This document shows positions 1 to 6,874 of a DNA stretch of 18,337 nt, piece after piece (positions within the stretch are counted from its first letter, which is position 1; every line of letters starts with the position of its first letter). This stretch comes from Candidatus Tenderia sp. (lineage in GTDB: Bacteria; Pseudomonadota; Gammaproteobacteria; Tenderiales; Tenderiaceae): assembly GCA_031416075.1 (NCBI GenBank), contig JANOSY010000010.1:1-18337 (forward strand), in the 5' to 3' direction. A program made the translations under genes and the position numbers. The notes beneath the pieces are model-generated. The model searched no databases, had not been told where the DNA came from, and saw nothing but the letters and a program-made list of their open reading frames with translations.

Positions 1-114
1 AAGATTATGGAATTCATTGAGGTCCACAATACCGATCCAAAACCCTTTGTGTGGACAAAAACAACTGAAGCGATTTTAGAGAAAATCGGGCGTGCTAAGG
101 CTGCCTTGGTATGA
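1..114 (+). CDS. IS630-family transposase, C-terminal fragment (truncated by window start)
   Basis: Frame 1 reads KIMEFIEVHNTDPKPFVWTKTTEAILEKIGRAKAALV*. The HN..PKPFVWTK motif is typical of IS630 transposase C-termini. The stop lies inside the IRR. Confidence 0.88.
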   Translation, partial: KIMEFIEVHNTDPKPFVWTKTTEAILEKIGRAKAALV

Positions 115-139
115 GTATATTATTTGTTACAGTACACTA
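1..139 (+). mobile_element. Right end of an IS630-family insertion sequence (transposase 3' end, IRR and TA target)
   Basis: 110-139 TATGAGTATATTATTTGTTACAGTACACTA is the reverse complement of 18198-18227 at 26/30 positions (terminal 19 perfect). It ends in TA within CTAG and follows a transposase-like C-terminus. Confidence 0.9.
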
Positions 140-170
140 GACCATTCATTAAAATAGAGGAGTTTTTTCC

Positions 171-563
171 ATGGCTACCATTACCAACGCCAACCTAACG
201 ATTAACCACAACCACGCAGCCAAAACTGGCAAAGTATTAGTCAAGTGCGACGTGAATTTCACCGCCTTCGAAATTAACGAGATGAAGGAGGGGTTGAAAT
301 TTAAACTCATCTGTCAGCTCTGGGGGGCGGACTCCGGCCTGAACGGCGCTGATGATTACCTCTACACTATGCCAACAGCAAAATTCTTCCCTGACGCAAC
401 CCCAACCACGACTGAAAAAGTAACATTCGAAGCCACCGTTGGTGAAGGTTTGCTGAATGAAGATACAGGCACAGACGAGGTGTACGCCAAACTGAGACTG
501 ACCAATCTCTACACCCTGATCACCGTCAACAAAAACAGCAACGAAGTATCCCATAGCTTCTGA
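171..563 (+). CDS. Hypothetical beta-rich protein (130 aa) with acidic loops
   Basis: Strong AGAGGAG RBS upstream, downstream hairpin terminator, no signal peptide, no family recognised. Confidence 0.8.
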   Translation: MATITNANLTINHNHAAKTGKVLVKCDVNFTAFEINEMKEGLKFKLICQLWGADSGLNGADDYLYTMPTAKFFPDATPTTTEKVTFEATVGEGLLNEDTGTDEVYAKLRLTNLYTLITVNKNSNEVSHSF

Positions 564-574
564 TACCGACATTA

Positions 575-610
575 ACCGGCCATACATTTCTATGTGGCCG
601 GTATTTTGTT
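575..610 (+). terminator. Intrinsic terminator after the 171-563 ORF
   Basis: ACCGGCCA...TGGCCGGT stem (575-602) followed by ATTTTGTT. Confidence 0.65.
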
Positions 611-698
611 ATTACGCCCACGCTCACATCTACCGCTCTCTTACGACTAACAACGAGGGCTTTGCGTATTGATGATGTAGTGTGTACGCCCTACACTC

Positions 699-725
699 GC
701 CCCTCCCCCTGAGAGAAGGAAGGGC
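699..725 (-). other. GC-rich hairpin downstream of ppnN (possible terminator or mRNA stabiliser)
   Basis: Minus strand GCCCTTCCTTCT-CTC-AGGGGGAGGGGC forms a 12 bp stem with G-U pairs only on the ppnN strand. No U-tract. Confidence 0.4.
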
Positions 726-752
726 TGGATGCATCAGGCAGCAATTAAAAAA

Positions 753-2123
753 CTATTTGATAATACGGTAACAAGGCATATAGGCCTTGCCCGGTAACTT
801 CATGCGCTGGCGCGCCACAAACGAGGCGAGCAGTGTATCCATGGCATTCATGATGGCGGGTTCACCGCGCAGTTCAAACAGGCCGTGTTCTTCGATGGCG
901 CGTATCCCGTCGTCCTTGACGTTGCCGGCGACGATGCCGGAGAAGGCACGACGCAGGTTGGCAGCGAGCAGGTGTGACTCTTGATTTTTATGCAGCTCCA
1001 GATTGTGCATGTTTGCGTGTGTAGGGGCGAACGGTTTTTGGAACTCATGTTCGATCTTAAGCAACCAGTTGTAGTAGTAGGCATCGCTGTGCTCGCGGCG
1101 GAAGAGGCGCACCTGTTCCAGCCCATCCTTGATCGCGCGCGCCACTGCCACAGGGTCACCAACGATGATGCGATAACGCTGCTGCGCCTCAGCTCCGAGG
1201 GTGTCAGCGATGAACTGGTTGATCTCGGTGAAGTAATCGGCCGAGCTGGCCGGACCGGTCAGGATCAGCGGAAAGGGCATATCTTTGTTATCGGGGTGCA
1301 ATAAAATTCCGAGCAGGTAGAGGATCTCTTCCGCCGTCCCAGCGCCACCGGGGAAGACAACAATGGCGTGGCCGGTACGGACAAACGCTTCGAGCCGTTT
1401 TTCGATATCAGGCATGATCACCAGATCATTAACGATCGGATTGGGTGATTCGGCAGCGATAATACCTGGCTCAGAGATACCGATGTAGTGGCCGTCACGG
1501 ATGCGCTGTTTGGCGTGGCCGATAGTGGCTCCCTTCATCGGCCCCTTCATGGCGCCGGGTCCACAACCGGTGCAGATGTTAAGGCCGCGCAGCCCCATCT
1601 CGTAACCGACCTTTTTGGTGTAGTCATACTCTTCGCGCTGGATCGAGTGGCCGCCCCAGCAGACCACCAGCTTGGGGTCGGTCATCGGTTTGAGGATGTT
1701 GGCGTTACGCAGGATGTGGAACACCGCGCTGGTGATGTCGTCGCTGACATCAAGATTGAATTTTGGGTTGTCGTAGATCTCGTCGCTGACATAAATAACA
1801 TCGCGCAGCACCGCAAACAGATGTTCGCTGATCCCTTTGATCATCTTGCCATCCACAAAGGCGCTGCTGGGGGCGCCGATCACTTCGAGTTTGATGCCAC
1901 GCTCCTGCTGAATCACATGAATATCAAACGATTTGTATTTCTCCAGCAGCGCCTTACCATCATCCAGCTGGCTGCCGCAATTTAATACCGCCAGCGAGCA
2001 GTTGCGAAAAATATTGAAGAGTCCGCCCTGGCTGCTATCGAGCAGTTTTTTAACTTCAAGCCGGGAAAGAACATCAAGACGTCCCTCCGGGGTTATACGT
2101 GCGTCGATCACTGCATTGGTCAT
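753..2123 (-). CDS. ppnN: Nucleotide 5'-monophosphate nucleosidase PpnN (YgdH, LOG family)
   Basis: FRNCSLAVLN, VVCWGGHSI, ICTGCGPGAM, PDIEKRLEAFVR, FPGGAGTAEE and RMKLPG..Y.PCY match E. coli PpnN. Start moved from 2150 to the ATG at 2123, which has a GGAGG RBS. Confidence 0.95.
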   Translation of the reverse strand: MTNAVIDARITPEGRLDVLSRLEVKKLLDSSQGGLFNIFRNCSLAVLNCGSQLDDGKALLEKYKSFDIHVIQQERGIKLEVIGAPSSAFVDGKMIKGISEHLFAVLRDVIYVSDEIYDNPKFNLDVSDDITSAVFHILRNANILKPMTDPKLVVCWGGHSIQREEYDYTKKVGYEMGLRGLNICTGCGPGAMKGPMKGATIGHAKQRIRDGHYIGISEPGIIAAESPNPIVNDLVIMPDIEKRLEAFVRTGHAIVVFPGGAGTAEEILYLLGILLHPDNKDMPFPLILTGPASSADYFTEINQFIADTLGAEAQQRYRIIVGDPVAVARAIKDGLEQVRLFRREHSDAYYYNWLLKIEHEFQKPFAPTHANMHNLELHKNQESHLLAANLRRAFSGIVAGNVKDDGIRAIEEHGLFELRGEPAIMNAMDTLLASFVARQRMKLPGKAYMPCYRIIK

Positions 2124-2225
2124 TGTGCCGCCTCCATCGTGCTGCATCATTTTTGTTTTTTATTACCGGGGACAATCACTTGCCCTACCCTGTATATCTG
2201 CTCTAAAGCGACATTTCTTGAATAA

Positions 2226-3737
2226 TCAGCGCTCGCGCCAGCTGTTCATGATCGCCAGACAGCGCTGATTCAGCTGCTGCGCCCGGCCCTCAGTCGCCGC
2301 CTCACTGTAACAGCGTAACTCTGGCGCATTGCCCGATGGCCGCAGATGGATCACCTCTTCATTCATGAAGGTGATACGCACACCATCCGTACCGTCCACG
2401 GCCTTTACCTGGCCCGCCTCTTCACCAAACACCGCTTCAATCTTCCGTTTGTCCCTGTCAAAGTCGCCACTATTAAAGGTGGCGATTCGGCTCTGGCTGA
2501 GTTCGGTTGGAAAGGCCTTAAGTCGGTCACTGCTGGTAAAACGTGACGGCAGCTGTTGCAGCAGACCAGAGATGGAGAGTTTGGCCTGTTTGGCCAGCAT
2601 CAAAATGGCCAGCGGTACGATGATGGCGTCGCGGGTTGGCAGTGCTGGCAGACGGTAGCCGTCACGTTCGATATCGCTGGCGATCAAAAAACCGCCGTTG
2701 GCCTCATAACCGACCACGGCGGTTTCACCCTCGCTCAACGCCTCGTCCATCGCCGCAATCACAAACGGTGAGCCGATTTGGGTCCGTTTAACAGTTGCAA
2801 ACCAACCACACTTCTCTACCGCGCTGTTGCTGCTGACCGGGGTGGCCACAACATGGGCACCAAGATAACGGGCACAGAGAATGCCGGCCACATCACCACG
2901 CAACCAACGGCCACGCTCGTCACTCACCAGCGGTCTGTCACCATCACCGTCGGCAGAGATGATGCAATCAAAGTCATACTCTTTCCCCCATTTGGCGGCC
3001 AGATCCACATCTTCCGGACGAACCGCTTCGGTATCCACCGGGATAAACTTGTCCGAACGTCCCAGCGCCACCACCTCCGCCCCCAACCCTTTGAGGATCT
3101 TCGCCATCACATCGCGGGCAACGCTGGAGTGTTGATAGACACAGACCCGTTGCCCCGCCAGGACATGGTGCGGGAAGAAGCTAACGTAGCGCTGCACATA
3201 CTCTCTCTCTGCCGCCGTGATCACCTCAGGCAGGGTGTAGGCGGTGACGGCCTTGCCATCCTCCCGGAAACGGCCTGCCGGAATCTGCACCACCTGACGG
3301 CTGATCCCCTCCTCATCCCGCTTAAGGATCTCACCACTCGCCTTGTTAAACTTAATACCATTGCGGTCATCAGGAATGTGGCTGCCCGTCACCATCAGAC
3401 TGGGAATGCCGTTGCCCATACCGTAGAGCGCCACCGCCGGGGTGGGGACAAACCCACAGTTAAGTGGCTGATAACCGGCATCGGCAATGGCCATGGCCAG
3501 CGCCGCCATAATCCGGGGGGAGCTGGGGCGAAAATCACCGGCAATCGCCACACCGGCACCAGACACCAGCACGCCGCCCTCATTCAGGTACTGAAGAAAG
3601 GCACGGGTATAGGCATAGCAGACACGATCCGTCATCTCCGTGGCCAACCCACGTGCGCCACTGGTACCAAACTTTACGCCGCTCTCCACCATCAGCTCGG
3701 CAATGCAGAGGCCCTCATCTACACTTGTCACATCCAT
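2226..3737 (-). CDS. manB: Phosphomannomutase / alpha-D-phosphohexomutase
   Basis: FGTSGARG, phosphoserine loop TGSHIPDDRNGIKF, metal loop DGDGDR, GYEANGG and RPSGNAPELRCY. GAGGT RBS upstream. Confidence 0.9.
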   Translation of the reverse strand: MDVTSVDEGLCIAELMVESGVKFGTSGARGLATEMTDRVCYAYTRAFLQYLNEGGVLVSGAGVAIAGDFRPSSPRIMAALAMAIADAGYQPLNCGFVPTPAVALYGMGNGIPSLMVTGSHIPDDRNGIKFNKASGEILKRDEEGISRQVVQIPAGRFREDGKAVTAYTLPEVITAAEREYVQRYVSFFPHHVLAGQRVCVYQHSSVARDVMAKILKGLGAEVVALGRSDKFIPVDTEAVRPEDVDLAAKWGKEYDFDCIISADGDGDRPLVSDERGRWLRGDVAGILCARYLGAHVVATPVSSNSAVEKCGWFATVKRTQIGSPFVIAAMDEALSEGETAVVGYEANGGFLIASDIERDGYRLPALPTRDAIIVPLAILMLAKQAKLSISGLLQQLPSRFTSSDRLKAFPTELSQSRIATFNSGDFDRDKRKIEAVFGEEAGQVKAVDGTDGVRITFMNEEVIHLRPSGNAPELRCYSEAATEGRAQQLNQRCLAIMNSWRER

Positions 3738-3889
3738 ATTTGCACTACCTCATTACCCTAAACAGCCCACTCAACCACGTTAAAACAGCAGCCGCCACAA
3801 TTGTCAGGCGATTCTGCATCAATTCAGAAACCAGAAGAGTAGCAGTTTTGTACTACTACCGCGCCCGGCACAACGCCCCCCAGCGCCAT

Positions 3890-3917
3890 TTGACTTTCTT
3901 GCCCCAACAGGCACAAT
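3890..3917 (+). promoter_or_regulatory. Putative sigma70 promoter for the YgjP-like gene
   Basis: TTGACT (3890-3895), 16 nt spacer, CACAAT (3912-3917), ending 6 nt before the ATG at 3924. Confidence 0.4.
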
Positions 3918-3923
3918 CGCGCC

Positions 3924-4646
3924 ATGCCGCAAACCGATCTCTTCCTGCCCGACTACACCGTGCGTATCTCACCACGGGCCAAACGGCTACAGCTGCGGGT
4001 CAAACCAACAGGCCAGGTTGAGGTTGTTGTCCCCAAAGGCGTGGCCTTGCGGCATGTACCGGGGTTTGTCGCCGAACATGCCCAGTGGTTGGAACAGGCC
4101 GTTGCCAAAACCTTGGACCGACTTGAACACAAGCATCATAACAGCACACCTATGTTACCGGAGCGTATCGCCCTGGCTGCAATTGGCGGCGAGTGGCAGG
4201 TGAGTTACCACCCGGCGCTGCGTGCCCGTGTTATCGATCAGGCCGCCCATGCCCAGCTTAAGGTCTTTGGCAGCAATGAAACACAACAGCGCGCCGCCCT
4301 GCAGGCGTGGTTAAACCCGCTCGCCAAAACGACCCTGATTCCCTGGCTCGAAGAGGTGAGCAGTGAGGTGAAACTACCCTTTGCCAGCGCCACCGTACGG
4401 GCACAGAAGAGCCGCTGGGGCAGCTGCAGCTCGCGCAAGCGGATCAATCTCAATCGCGCCTTGATGTTCACCTCGCCAGGGGCGGTACGTTACCTCTTTA
4501 TTCACGAGCTCTGTCACACCGTTCACATGAACCACTCAGCCCGCTATTGGGCTTTAGTGGCAACGCTTGAGCCAGACCACCGCCGTTATGAGGCCGAGCT
4601 ACGCCACGCCATGGCCACAATACCGCGCTGGGCACTCTCCGACTAA
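3924..4646 (+). CDS. YgjP-like / DUF45 M48-family zinc metallohydrolase
   Basis: N-terminal SPRAKRLQLRV, QKSRWGSCS, and zinc motif HELCHTVHMNHSARYW. Confidence 0.9.
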   Translation: MPQTDLFLPDYTVRISPRAKRLQLRVKPTGQVEVVVPKGVALRHVPGFVAEHAQWLEQAVAKTLDRLEHKHHNSTPMLPERIALAAIGGEWQVSYHPALRARVIDQAAHAQLKVFGSNETQQRAALQAWLNPLAKTTLIPWLEEVSSEVKLPFASATVRAQKSRWGSCSSRKRINLNRALMFTSPGAVRYLFIHELCHTVHMNHSARYWALVATLEPDHRRYEAELRHAMATIPRWALSD

Positions 4647-4678
4647 AAGCCTGCTTGGTCAATAACAGTAGGGCGGGC

Positions 4679-4940
4679 TATACTGAAAATGCGTTGCTGC
4701 CTGGTATGTGCAGGGCATGTGCAGATAAAGAAGGCCAGGAGCGACGCAAGGCAGTAGACGTTCGGCGAGTGACAAGCGGTCACTGGGAACGCCCATCAAA
4801 TGGCCCGGCCAGTACGGGGGTGGTGGGCGCATCCCCTGCCTCGCACGGGGCAGGGGTATGTGTCTTATCAGGACTGCAGACCATTCACCAAATCCAGACC
4901 AAAACCATCAATCTTTGACCTGCACACCATTTTCAGTATA
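4679..4940. mobile_element. 262 bp element with terminal inverted repeats (MITE-like) and several internal hairpins
   Basis: TATACTGAAAATG (4679-4691) and CATTTTCAGTATA (4928-4940) are perfect 13 bp inverted repeats (16/19 when extended), with TA at both outer ends. Internal stems at 4690-4748, 4768-4784, 4785-4835 and 4833-4856. Confidence 0.55.
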
Positions 4941-4982
4941 TGTTTCACATTAGTTTGAGGTGTTATCGGGGGAGACTACCTA

Positions 4983-5381
4983 ATGAATAAAAAATTATTT
5001 GCATTATATTTAATGGTTGCCAGCGCGTGTGCCATGCACTCAACCGCACAGGCCGTCGGCCCAACGCTGGCCACAGAACAGATGGCCAAAATCATTCTCA
5101 GTATGGAGAAACAACCCAGCAAGGATGCCAAAATCACACTGGAAGATATTGCCAAAAACAGCTCATCTACCGGCAATGAGCGGCAGCTGGCCAACTCCAT
5201 GCTCCACCTTGAACAGAAGGTCCGGCCAGAAGATAAAGCCACACTGATGAAAATATGGCTCAGCCCCAGTGCCGCCGAGCCCGAACGGTCGCTGGCCAAA
5301 GCGCTGTTGAGATTTGATGCAAAATCGGACGACAGGGTCAAAGCAGCCTTGGCCGAATTCAACCTGAGCAAAGCAAAATAA
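4983..5381 (+). CDS. Secreted hypothetical protein with three ~35 aa helical repeats
   Basis: GGAG RBS, Sec signal MNKKLFALYLMVASACAMHSTAQA with AxA cleavage site, followed by a terminator. Confidence 0.82.
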   Translation: MNKKLFALYLMVASACAMHSTAQAVGPTLATEQMAKIILSMEKQPSKDAKITLEDIAKNSSSTGNERQLANSMLHLEQKVRPEDKATLMKIWLSPSAAEPERSLAKALLRFDAKSDDRVKAALAEFNLSKAK

Positions 5382-5408
5382 CAAAGTGCTCCTGTTGTAT
5401 AACAATAC

Positions 5409-5431
5409 GGCCCCGGATATGGGGCTTTTTT
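5409..5431 (+). terminator. Rho-independent terminator
   Basis: GCCCC-GGATAT-GGGGC followed by TTTTTT. Confidence 0.8.
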
Positions 5432-5575
5432 ATAGACTGTTACCACCCAATTCAAGGCCGATTATCTCGCCTTGGGATGAGAGACGTTTGATAACCAACT
5501 CGCATATACTGATGCGACGGCCTGTTTTTCATGTGATTGACCATGAATTAACCCCATAACACACGGAGTTTAAAG

Positions 5576-6652
5576 ATGTCACGTCTGTTTACTGAATACC
5601 GCCTGGGCGAAGTCACTCTGCACAATCGTCTGGTAATGGCACCACTCACACGGTGTCGGGCAATCGACAATCTGCCCAACGCATTAATGGCTGAGTATTA
5701 CAGCCAGCGCGCCTCTGCGGGTTTAATCGTAACGGAAGGGGTTGCCCCGTCAGCCAATGGCCAGGGGTATGCACGCATCCCCGGCATCTACTCTGAGGCG
5801 CAGATTGAGGCATGGAAGCCGGTTACCGAGGCGGTTCATAACGCCGGTGGCAGCATCTTCATGCAGCTCATGCATACAGGCCGTGTCTCCCACCCACTCA
5901 ATATGCCTGCCGGGGCACGGGTATTGGCCCCCTCGGCCATTGCCGCCGCCGGGGAGATGTATACCGATGCCGAAGGGATGAAACCACACCCCGTGCCACA
6001 GGCTATGACAAAAGCGGATATCGAACAGACAATTGAGGAGTATGCACAAGCGGCCCGCAATGCCGTCAAAGCCGGGTTTGATGGTGTGGAGCTACACGCC
6101 GCCAACGGCTATCTGCTGGAGCAGTTTCTGCGCCCCACCTCAAACCAACGTGAAGATGAGTATGGCGGCAGCATCGAAAACCGCTTCCGTTTTCTCTCCG
6201 AGGTGACCCACGCAACACTGGAGGCCATTGGCCACAGCCGGGTTGGCATACGTATCTCCCCTTACGGCACATTTAATGACATGCCGCTCTACGATACCCT
6301 GGAGGATGATTATACCTTCCTGGCGCTGCACATCGACGCACTCGACCCTATCTATATCCACATGGTTGACCACTCAGCGATGGGGGCACCTGTTGTCCCC
6401 GACTCCATGAAACAGAGCTTCCGTGACTACTTCTGCGGCACCATGATCCTCTCTGGTGGGTATGATGCAGCACGGGCGATGTCGGATGTCGATTCAGGCC
6501 GGGCAGACCTGGTGGCCGTGGGCCGTCCATTTTTAGCCAACCCCGATCTGATTGCACGCTGGCAGGAGGACTCCCCTCTGAACGAACCAGACGCCGATAC
6601 CTTCTATACCCCCGGTGCAAAAGGGTATACCGACTACCCCACACTGCCGTAA
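5576..6652 (+). CDS. nemA: Alkene reductase / N-ethylmaleimide reductase (Old Yellow Enzyme family)
   Basis: NRLVMAPLTRCRA, YYSQRASAGLI, GFDGVELHAANGYLLEQF, NQREDEYGGSIENR, GRPFLANPDL and GYTDYP. GGAG RBS. Confidence 0.93.
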   Translation: MSRLFTEYRLGEVTLHNRLVMAPLTRCRAIDNLPNALMAEYYSQRASAGLIVTEGVAPSANGQGYARIPGIYSEAQIEAWKPVTEAVHNAGGSIFMQLMHTGRVSHPLNMPAGARVLAPSAIAAAGEMYTDAEGMKPHPVPQAMTKADIEQTIEEYAQAARNAVKAGFDGVELHAANGYLLEQFLRPTSNQREDEYGGSIENRFRFLSEVTHATLEAIGHSRVGIRISPYGTFNDMPLYDTLEDDYTFLALHIDALDPIYIHMVDHSAMGAPVVPDSMKQSFRDYFCGTMILSGGYDAARAMSDVDSGRADLVAVGRPFLANPDLIARWQEDSPLNEPDADTFYTPGAKGYTDYPTLP

Positions 6653-6667
6653 TCAACTGCCCCCAGC

Positions 6668-6691
6668 CCCGCTCGTTAACCCAGGAGCGGG
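6668..6691 (+). other. Hairpin after the nemA-like gene
   Basis: CCCGCTC (6668-6674) pairs with GAGCGGG (6685-6691). There is no U-tract, so a terminator role is uncertain. Confidence 0.3.
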
Positions 6692-6874
6692 CGAGGCCTT
6701 AAACCAATCCCACCACATAACCACCCGGACCACATTCAGTCGTCACTGACAGAGAGACCATCCACCCTTTTATACGGTCGATGTGGTGCCGCTATTGCTT
6801 TATCATGCAGGGACAGGCTCAGGGTGCTCAGACCAGACGGCGCTTTAAGTGTTCGTTTTATAAAGGGCTTTTAA

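Noticed and set aside
124-155. Hybrid promoter from the IS630 IRR (TTGTTA) and downstream TAAAAT
   Set aside because: The spacer is 20 nt and the -10 abuts the RBS, so the geometry is poor.
2778-3761. 327 aa plus-strand ORF
   Set aside because: Antisense shadow of the phosphomannomutase gene with no recognisable motifs. The same applies to the other short ORFs overlapping ppnN, nemA, the GH15 gene and glk.
4655-4918. 87 aa ORF between the YgjP-like gene and the secreted protein
   Set aside because: Non-ATG start, no RBS and atypical composition. Better explained by the TIR-bounded hairpin element.
4679-4940. Retron msr-msd interpretation of the inverted-repeat element
   Set aside because: There is no reverse transcriptase gene in the window.
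4976-5455. 159 aa minus-strand ORF
   Set aside because: The opposite-strand ORF has the RBS, signal peptide and terminator.
5528-5547. TTCATG-N8-CATGAA inverted repeat upstream of the nemA-like gene
   Set aside because: Only 6 bp arms, it does not match the NemR box as I recall it, and no regulator gene is adjacent.
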